Part shown: piece by piece, positions 48,759-55,427 of the stretch
How positions within the stretch are numbered: the first letter of the stretch is position 1
How the letters are laid out: the number at the start of each line of letters is the position of its first letter
Assembly (NCBI GenBank): GCA_017609175.1
Contig: JAFCEJ010000001.1
Span: 1 to 55,427 of the forward strand
Direction of reading: 5' to 3'
DNA length: 55,427 nucleotides
Source of the DNA: Candidatus Pacearchaeota archaeon
GTDB lineage: Archaea; Nanobdellota; Nanobdellia; Pacearchaeales; GW2011-AR1
Notes under the pieces: model-generated
The model's input: only the letters and a program-made list of their open reading frames with translations
Told to the model about the DNA's origin: nothing
Database searches by the model: none
Made by a program: the position numbers and the translations under genes

Positions 48759-50036
48759 ATGATTGATATAAGATTAATAAGAGAAAATCCTGAATTGGTT
48801 AAAGAGAATATTAAGAAGAAATTTCAAGAAGAGAAACTTCCATTAGTTGATAAAGTTAGAAAGTTGGACGAAGAATGGAGGAAACTGAAGTATGAAGAAG
48901 ATAAGTTGAGGCATGATAGGAACAGGATTTCTAAAAAAATTAATGAATTTAAAAAAGCGAAAAAAGATGTTTCTACTTTGATTAAAAAAGCCAAAGGAAT
49001 TCCGAAGAAAATTGCTAAGCTTGAAGAGAAAGAAAAGAAACTTCAAGGAGAGATTAAAGAAATTATGTATAAAATTCCAAATATAATTCATCATACTGTT
49101 CCAATCGGGAAATCTGATAAAGAAAATGTTGAAATAAAGAAATTTGGGAAACCGAGAAAGTTCAATTTTCCTGTAAAAAGCCATGTTGAGTTGGGGGAAG
49201 AATTGGGAATGTTGGATTTTGATACTTCTGCAAAAACTTCTGGAAAAGGATTTTATTATATGAAGGGCGATTTAGCTTTGTTAAATATGGCATTAATAAA
49301 TTTTGCAAGAGATTATATGGTCAAGCAAGGATTTGAATACATTGAACCTCCTTTGATGATACGGAAAAAAATTTTGACAGGAGTTTATTCTAATGAGGAA
49401 ATTGAACAAATGGCTTATAAAATTGATGGTGAGGATTTATATCTAATTGCGACTTCAGAACATCCTTTAATTGGCCAGTTTATTAATCAGACTATTAACA
49501 AGAAGGATTTGCCTATTAAACAAACTGGTTATTCAATGTGTTTTCGAAAAGAGATTGGAAGCCATGGAATTGATGAGAAAGGAATTTATAGGACACATCA
49601 ATTTAATAAACAAGAAATGATTGTGATTTGTGAACCAGCAGAATCTTATAAATGGTATGATAAAATGTTAAATTATTCTATTGAAATTTTTAAGGCATTG
49701 GAAATTCCGTTTCGGGTTTTGGAATGTTGTTCGGGTGATTTGGCTGATTTAAAAGCAAAATCATGCGATTTAGAAGCATGGAGTCCACGTCAGAAAAAAT
49801 ATTTTGAAGTAACTTCTCTAACAAATATGGAAGAAGCACAGGCGAGGAGATTGAATATCCGAATTGAAGATAAAGGGAAGAGATATTTTGCTCATACCTT
49901 GAATAATACGGTTATTGCAACTTCTAGGGCTTTGGTTGCAATTATGGAAAATCACCAACAAAGAGACGGTTCAATAAAAATTCCAAAGGCATTATGGAAA
50001 TATATGGGCAGGAAGAAAATTATAAAAAGAAAATGA
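48759..50036 (+). CDS. serS: Seryl-tRNA synthetase (standard type)
   Basis: MIDIRLIREN coiled coil, LIATSEHP, CFRKEIG, RTHQFNKQE, HTLNNT. Confidence 0.97.
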   Translation: MIDIRLIRENPELVKENIKKKFQEEKLPLVDKVRKLDEEWRKLKYEEDKLRHDRNRISKKINEFKKAKKDVSTLIKKAKGIPKKIAKLEEKEKKLQGEIKEIMYKIPNIIHHTVPIGKSDKENVEIKKFGKPRKFNFPVKSHVELGEELGMLDFDTSAKTSGKGFYYMKGDLALLNMALINFARDYMVKQGFEYIEPPLMIRKKILTGVYSNEEIEQMAYKIDGEDLYLIATSEHPLIGQFINQTINKKDLPIKQTGYSMCFRKEIGSHGIDEKGIYRTHQFNKQEMIVICEPAESYKWYDKMLNYSIEIFKALEIPFRVLECCSGDLADLKAKSCDLEAWSPRQKKYFEVTSLTNMEEAQARRLNIRIEDKGKRYFAHTLNNTVIATSRALVAIMENHQQRDGSIKIPKALWKYMGRKKIIKRK

Positions 50037-50272
50037 GGCGAAAAGCAAAATCAAAATTTGATAAATATTTTTTATTGGATTTTAAAAAGTTCTTGATAAT
50101 AATTGTGATAGGATTTGTTTCAGTTATTTTGCATAATGCAGTTTATGCTTTATTTGGGATTGAAGAAGCCATATTTTTTATTACTGCTGTTATTTTAATT
50201 CCCTTATATCTGATAATTTCTGTTATTTATACTTTGATTAAAAAGTTTTTAGTAGATGCTAAGAAAACCTAG
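50033..50272 (+). CDS. Small two-TM membrane protein
   Basis: ATGA overlap with serS; ILHNAVYALFGIEEAIFF. Confidence 0.7.
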   Translation: MRRKAKSKFDKYFLLDFKKFLIIIVIGFVSVILHNAVYALFGIEEAIFFITAVILIPLYLIISVIYTLIKKFLVDAKKT

Positions 50273-50354
50273 TCGATATTTTTCGCAGAAAGCTTTAAAA
50301 ATTAATTCTAACATGAATAATTAACCTAACTTATTGTTTGAGTAGGTGAATAAT

Positions 50355-50426
50355 GCCTCGGTAGTTTAGTGGCTAGAACACAAGCCTGTCGCGCTTGAGA
50401 TCCGGGTTCGATTCCCGGTCGGGGCG
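50355..50426 (+). tRNA. tRNA-Asp(GUC), intronless
   Basis: GCCTCGG/TCGGGGC, CAAGC-CTGTCGC-GCTTG, CCGGG-TTCGATT-CCCGG, discriminator G. Confidence 0.96.
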
Positions 50427-50478
50427 TTCTCTAAAAATTGCTTATTCGTATTAAATATCAATTTCTGCTTGAAATAGG

Positions 50479-50688
50479 TTAAAAGAACTTTAATACATCT
50501 TTTATCTGTTCTTCAAGCCTATTTGCTAAGTTTGGAAATAATCTTCTAAATACAAAATAAAGAGGAATAAGTATAAAAATAATTTGAAAGAATAGTGTCC
50601 AAAAAATCCCTGTTTCTTTAAAAAGAATGTGAATGAATTCTTTCCCGAGAATACTCTTAACTTTATTTAAGAGGATTTCTCTAACCAT
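50479..50688 (-). CDS. Small membrane protein
   Basis: One TM; overlaps the upstream ORF. Confidence 0.5.
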   Translation of the reverse strand: MVREILLNKVKSILGKEFIHILFKETGIFWTLFFQIIFILIPLYFVFRRLFPNLANRLEEQIKDVLKFF

Positions 50689-51026
50689 TTTTTAAAAGGT
50701 AAATGAGGCAATACAAATAAAGGAAAAACCATAATAGCTAATAATACTCCTAAATAAACAAATAAGGTATTTCCTTGATATTTATTTATATTTATGAAAG
50801 CATAAAAAGCAACACTCCCCATATAAATACAATAAATTATAAAAGGTAACATTTCGGGAGCGGTCCTTTCAAATAAAATTCTCATTTTTAATTGAGATTC
50901 TTTTGAGGCTTCTGCCTGTTCCATTTTTGTAATTGCTTCATTTACTCTTTCTATTTTCTGTATATCTTGTTCGTTAAGGCAAAGTATTTCTTCTTCTGAG
51001 AGTTTTTTCCTATAATGTCCTTCCAT
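50667..51026 (-). CDS. Hypothetical membrane protein
   Basis: Two C-terminal TM helices. Confidence 0.6.
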   Translation of the reverse strand: MEGHYRKKLSEEEILCLNEQDIQKIERVNEAITKMEQAEASKESQLKMRILFERTAPEMLPFIIYCIYMGSVAFYAFININKYQGNTLFVYLGVLLAIMVFPLFVLPHLPFKKWLEKSS

Positions 51027-51190
51027 TTTTATTTAAATAAAGATGGTTTACTTGCTTTAAAAAATCTCTTTTTTAAATTCACAAAAGAAAATAGAGCCTC
51101 TATAGCGTTTTTTCATAACTTTTGAGTGGAATTATTAATCCAAAAGCTTTAAAAGACATCTTTGAGTTTTAATTAAACGAGGTTATTAAA

Positions 51191-51385
51191 ATGGATGAGG
51201 AAATGAATCAACAAGCTCCTGAGGAGGTTGCTGGAGAAACTCAAGAAGAAACATCTGAGACTCCAGAAGAATCAGCAGAAGAAGCTGGAGAGGCTACTGC
51301 TGAGCAACCTGAGGAGACTACAGAACCTTCTGAAGCAACTGAAGCTCCAGGAGAAGAATCTGTTGCTGAAGAAGCAGCTGAATAA
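51191..51385 (+). CDS. Acidic low-complexity 64-aa protein
   Basis: GAGGT SD; E/A/T/P-rich with no K/R; T-rich terminator. Confidence 0.7.
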   Translation: MDEEMNQQAPEEVAGETQEETSETPEESAEEAGEATAEQPEETTEPSEATEAPGEESVAEEAAE

Positions 51386-51456
51386 TTCTAAATTTATTTT
51401 TTTATTTTTTTATTTTTTTTCAATATCTTTATATATTATAATAAATAATATTTTTT

Positions 51457-52368
51457 ATGGGGTGGAGAATATTTTTTAGTCTGCTTTTTATAATTGTTGT
51501 AATTGGCTTACTTGTTTTTTATTGGTTTATTCCTACAAGAACAACTGAATTTATTCCAAGAGGTCCAATAAACTCTAATTTTAGTTTGAGCAACTCTGTA
51601 GCCATAGATATGCAATTTTATCCAAATATGAGATACCCAAGCAGAATTATAACATATAAGATTTATAATTGCTCCTTGCAAAAGAAAAATGATATGGAAA
51701 GAGCATTTGAAATACTTTCTAATAAAACGATATTAAAATTTAATCCTGCTGAGAATGAAGAGATTTCTGTAACTTGTGATAACAAAGTCAAAATGGAAGA
51801 GGGATTGTTTATTGCTGGTGAAGGCGGCCCGACAAAAATTGTCCAAACAGATTTATTTAATGTTATTCTAAAAGGAAAAGTATTGTTAATAAGAGATTCT
51901 TCATGCCCTAATCCGAATATTGCAATACATGAACTTTTACATGCATTAGGTTTTGACCATTCAGAAAACAAAAATAATATAATGTATCCTGTGAGCAAAT
52001 GTGAGCAAACAATTGGCGATGATACTATTGCTTTGATAAATGAGTTATATAAAACTCCGACTTACCCAGACCTGTCTTTTGAGAATGTTTCTGCAGTCCT
52101 TAATGGTAGATATTTAAAAGCTGAAATTAGTGTGAAAAATGACGGGCTTATTGTTTCTAAAGAAGGAAAGATATTTATTTATGCTGACGATGATTTGGAA
52201 AATACTTTTGACCTGAAACCGTTAGATATTGGAGCAGGATTAAAAATGACTTTGGAAAATGTTTGGATATCAAGGAGAAATCCAGAAAAATTAAAATTTG
52301 TTATTGATTATGATTTTGAGGAGTTGGATAAGAACAATAATGAAATTATCTTAGAAGTAAGTCATTAA
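51457..52368 (+). CDS. Membrane-anchored matrixin-like (M10/metzincin) metalloprotease with C-terminal CARDB-like domain
   Basis: HELLHALGFDH, Met-turn IMYP, YPDL...ELDKNNN. Confidence 0.88.
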   Translation: MGWRIFFSLLFIIVVIGLLVFYWFIPTRTTEFIPRGPINSNFSLSNSVAIDMQFYPNMRYPSRIITYKIYNCSLQKKNDMERAFEILSNKTILKFNPAENEEISVTCDNKVKMEEGLFIAGEGGPTKIVQTDLFNVILKGKVLLIRDSSCPNPNIAIHELLHALGFDHSENKNNIMYPVSKCEQTIGDDTIALINELYKTPTYPDLSFENVSAVLNGRYLKAEISVKNDGLIVSKEGKIFIYADDDLENTFDLKPLDIGAGLKMTLENVWISRRNPEKLKFVIDYDFEELDKNNNEIILEVSH

Positions 52369-52404
52369 AAAATAAAAAAGAAAGAAGAAAAGTGTTATGA
52401 AAAA

Positions 52405-52479
52405 TTAAAAATCATCATCAAGATTTAGATCATCTTCGAAGTTATCTTCTTCGAAATCTTCATCAGGGTATTCGTCCAT
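52405..52479 (-). CDS. 24-aa acidic micropeptide (not in ORF track)
   Basis: MDEYPDEDFEEDNFEDDLNLDDDF*; upstream TATA, GAGGT SD, downstream T-rich tract. Confidence 0.65.
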   Translation of the reverse strand: MDEYPDEDFEEDNFEDDLNLDDDF

Positions 52480-52594
52480 TTTAAACCTCGTTTTTTTGTA
52501 ATTCTGATAAAATATTTTTATTTATAAAGGTTATGGTAATGAAAAATAAAATCTAAGAATCAAAAAATAGGATATAAAATATTTTAATAAAAAA

Positions 52595-52733
52595 TCCCTC
52601 CACCAGGATTCGAACCTGGGATCTCTCGGGTGCTGCTTCTTGACTTTTGGGGTTTCATAGAATTTCATGAAAATGAATCTCCACCTTAAGTAAAACCTAC
52701 AGCCAAGCGCTCTAACCACTGAGCTATGGAGGG
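52595..52733 (-). tRNA. tRNA-Tyr(GUA) with 66-nt intron (52696-52631) at 37/38
   Basis: CCCTCCA/TGGAGGG with archaeal C1-G72 and A73; CTTGG/CCGAG stem; CT-GTA-G. BHB core CTGT/GCAG. Confidence 0.95.
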
Positions 52734-52772
52734 ATAAAATAAAAAGATTTGAATTGTTTTTAAAGATTATGA

Positions 52773-54164
52773 TTAATAGTCTTCTTCAATTTCTCCTTTG
52801 TGTTGTTCTGAAACAAAAAAGGCTCTGTTTGAAGTTGTTTCTTTAATTTTTCCATTAACTTCATAGAAAATTCTTGCTGCAGGCAACGCAAACTTTCCAA
52901 GAACACCGAGTTTAGAATAAATAATATAAGACATGATTCTTATTTCCCCTTTTTCTAATTTTTCAATATCCCATTCTATTCTTTTATTTTTCTCGTCGAT
53001 TCTTGAGGGCTTTTCTGCACCGAATTTATCATAAACTTTTACTAATGGGGGTAATTTGTCGATGATGTTAATTCTTTCTACATATTTTTTTGCATTTGCT
53101 ATTAAGGAAACCTTGAGTGCAAATTCTCCTCCTTTTGTTTTAACAAACGAAACTTTTTTTCTTACAATCAAATCCTCCTCTGAAGTTTTTTTTGCAAAAA
53201 TTACAATTACTATTACAAAAAAGATTATTAAAAATGGGAATAACCAATTTGTTTTTACAATGATATTCAATGTTTCCCCTGGTTTTACTATTCTATTCCA
53301 AGTGTAATAAACAGTCATACCATGCCTTTCAATAACATCTGGTTCTGGTTCAAAGGTTGTAAATAATCTTGAAACAATATTTTTTTTAATTGCAGTATCT
53401 GAATTTACTTCAACATTACCTTCATTCTTTTTTGAAATTATTTTTGTTGTGATTAAAAATCCATATTCTTTTTTTTCTGAAACTACTAATTTTTTTTCAG
53501 CGAATTTAATAGTTCCTTCTAAAGTTGTATTTGTTCTACCAGCTTCTATTTCTGCTTTTAGTGTATAAAACCCTGCAGTTAGTTCTTTAAAGTCCTCTTT
53601 ATTAAGATTTATTGTGAATTCTTTTTTCTCATATGGTTTTAGAGAAAATTCCTTTTCTAATTCAAAGAAAGGTGAAGAAAATTTTGCTTTTATCTTTTCA
53701 AAGTTAAAGTTTTCCTTATTTTTCAGATAAATTGTGATGGAATCGGATTCAGGATTTATTTCTGATGCTTCAATCTTAAGAGCATTTTTTAAATCGATTA
53801 TTTTTACTGTTAATTCTTCTTTTTGAGGAATATTATCTTTTCCTTTGATTTCGTATTGCAATGTATAAAAAAATTTAGGATATTCAAAATCTTCTCTGGC
53901 ATGAACTTTTAATTGTATTGTTTTTAATTCATTTTGTTCTAATTTTATTTCTTTTGATTCCATGATAAAATATCCTGGTATGCTGTCAAATCTAAAAGTA
54001 TCATCTTCCCCCAAGTTTGTTACATTTAATTCAAAAATTGCTGGTTGATTTATTCCTTTTATGAGAACTTCATTTGAACTTTGTTTTTCAATTTTGAGAT
54101 TTGCGGCTAAAATACATGGCAGAATTAATAATATTAATAAGAGGGAAAGGATCTTTTTTTTCAT
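52773..54164 (-). CDS. Single-pass membrane protein with beta-rich ectodomain and DUF11-like second domain
   Basis: Signal peptide, internal TM WLFPFLIIFFVIVIVIFA, then IIDKLP...IEWDIEKLEKGE. Confidence 0.8.
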   Translation of the reverse strand: MKKKILSLLLILLILPCILAANLKIEKQSSNEVLIKGINQPAIFELNVTNLGEDDTFRFDSIPGYFIMESKEIKLEQNELKTIQLKVHAREDFEYPKFFYTLQYEIKGKDNIPQKEELTVKIIDLKNALKIEASEINPESDSITIYLKNKENFNFEKIKAKFSSPFFELEKEFSLKPYEKKEFTINLNKEDFKELTAGFYTLKAEIEAGRTNTTLEGTIKFAEKKLVVSEKKEYGFLITTKIISKKNEGNVEVNSDTAIKKNIVSRLFTTFEPEPDVIERHGMTVYYTWNRIVKPGETLNIIVKTNWLFPFLIIFFVIVIVIFAKKTSEEDLIVRKKVSFVKTKGGEFALKVSLIANAKKYVERINIIDKLPPLVKVYDKFGAEKPSRIDEKNKRIEWDIEKLEKGEIRIMSYIIYSKLGVLGKFALPAARIFYEVNGKIKETTSNRAFFVSEQHKGEIEEDY

Positions 54165-54208
54165 TAGAGAATTAAATCTGGGCTATATTTAAATATTTTT
54201 GTGGTGAA

Positions 54209-54715
54209 TTATTTCTTTCCTTCAAGGTCGAGCCATGCTTTGGCTTGATTTAAGAATTCGTCGCAGTCACTCGCAAGTTTGTTTTCAAATTGTTCGACTC
54301 TGGAAGCAATTACCCATTTTTCATAAATTCCTCTTAAAAATTTGTGAAATGCGTTTTTTTCAAATTTGCCGTCATAATCTCTTACTAAAATTCCTTTTAC
54401 ACTTATTTCAACGGCTCCTTTGTTAGTTTTTATTTTCGCACCATTTGGCTGTTGTACTTCAACATCTACTAACTTTTCAATTTTAAATGTAACTTTAACT
54501 TGAAACTGAAAATAATCTGTTACTTTATTTTCTCCAGTCCATTCAATTTCTAAGTCTTTTGAGTTTCCACTTAATTTTTCTTTATATTTATCTTCTATTA
54601 CTTTAAGCCCTGTTTCATCTGTAAGCCAATCATAACAGAATTTATAGAAATCTTTAAATGAAAAAATTCCGGTATATTTTATTTTGCTACTGAAAATTGT
54701 TTCTTTTTCTGACAT
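54209..54715 (-). CDS. Hypothetical protein
   Basis: 168-aa globular-looking ORF with upstream TATA. Confidence 0.75.
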   Translation of the reverse strand: MSEKETIFSSKIKYTGIFSFKDFYKFCYDWLTDETGLKVIEDKYKEKLSGNSKDLEIEWTGENKVTDYFQFQVKVTFKIEKLVDVEVQQPNGAKIKTNKGAVEISVKGILVRDYDGKFEKNAFHKFLRGIYEKWVIASRVEQFENKLASDCDEFLNQAKAWLDLEGKK

Positions 54716-54786
54716 AGAGTAATAAAATTAATTTGATTTAAATATTTAACTAATAAGGAAATGTTTTTCTTTTTTGAGATTATTGA

Positions 54787-55350
54787 TTACATTGATGCTG
54801 CACAGGTATTACAGAGAAGTCTTCCATCAATTTTTTGGAGAATGTCTGTAGCACCACATTCTTCACAAACCCCCTCATGCATATATTCTCTGTTTTTTGC
54901 TTTTCTAACTCTTTTTAATTTTTCAGCCTCTTCTCTTATTTGTTTAAGTTCTTCTAATTCAGGATAAATTTCTGGATGGAATGTTAATATATCTCTTATT
55001 GTTAATATTCCTACAATTTCTTTTCCTTGGACAACAGGAAGTCGCCGGAATTTTAATTTTTTCATTTTTCTTAAAGCTTCTTCTAATGTTGCAGTGGGTT
55101 TTATCGTCGCGATTTTTTTTCTAGAAATATCAATTACTCTAATTTTTGCTAAATCTTTTCTTGATTTTTTTATTAGCGCCCATAAAATATCTCGTTGAGA
55201 AATAAAACCGACTAGTCTTTTTTTATCAAGAACAACAAGACTGCCAACCCTCTTTTTTACAAATATTTTGGCACAATCCAATAAACTTGTATCTGGTTTG
55301 ACAAAGATTATGTCCCTTGTCATTACATCTGCAACAATAATATCTCTCAT
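54787..55350 (-). CDS. CBS-pair protein with C-terminal Zn ribbon
   Basis: VADVMTRD, RRLPVV...GILTIRDIL, GVCEECG...LLCNTC. Confidence 0.92.
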   Translation of the reverse strand: MRDIIVADVMTRDIIFVKPDTSLLDCAKIFVKKRVGSLVVLDKKRLVGFISQRDILWALIKKSRKDLAKIRVIDISRKKIATIKPTATLEEALRKMKKLKFRRLPVVQGKEIVGILTIRDILTFHPEIYPELEELKQIREEAEKLKRVRKAKNREYMHEGVCEECGATDILQKIDGRLLCNTCAASM

Positions 55351-55427
55351 ATATTTACCAAAATGTTTTCGCTTTTAAAAGTTGTTTACCACTATAAAAT
55401 ATGTTCTCTAATGAGATAAAATTTATA

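Noticed and set aside
52531-52719. 62-aa minus-strand ORF
   Set aside because: Runs through the tRNA-Tyr gene; spurious.

Overview
AT-rich chromosomal segment of a DPANN archaeon, most consistent with Pacearchaeota/Woesearchaeota (inferred from gene content). It carries archaeal informational genes (TrpRS, ThrRS, SerRS, Kae1, Elp3, aIF2-gamma, aIF5B, L7Ae-S28e-L24e, S6e, S10), bacterial-type DNA gyrase, PEP synthase, an MTAP-APRT fusion, several secreted or Cys-rich surface proteins and many short hypotheticals. Four tRNA genes were found by hand: Ile(UAU), Glu(UUC) and Tyr(GUA), each with a long BHB intron at 37/38, and intronless Asp(GUC). Many genes have a TATA box whose first base lies exactly 29 nt before the ATG, implying leaderless mRNAs; this spacing was used to predict transcript starts. 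The most unusual signals are non-coding. (1) A predicted ~50-nt small RNA of two cUUCGg hairpins, with its own TATA box and U-run, directly downstream of a RelE/BECR-like putative ribonuclease (candidate RNA-antitoxin module). (2) A 96-nt four-way-junction element between direct repeats of the tRNA-Ile 3' end. (3) A K-turn with a competing hairpin at the 5' end of the L7Ae mRNA. Protein-level oddities include a receptor-like pseudo-nucleotidyl cyclase, a PP-loop thiolase paired with a catalytically eroded TtuA/Ncs6-like partner, an N-terminal-only Dph2 and two very acidic micropeptides. No CRISPR array, rRNA, integrase or transposase was seen. All calls come from manual motif reading; no searches were run.
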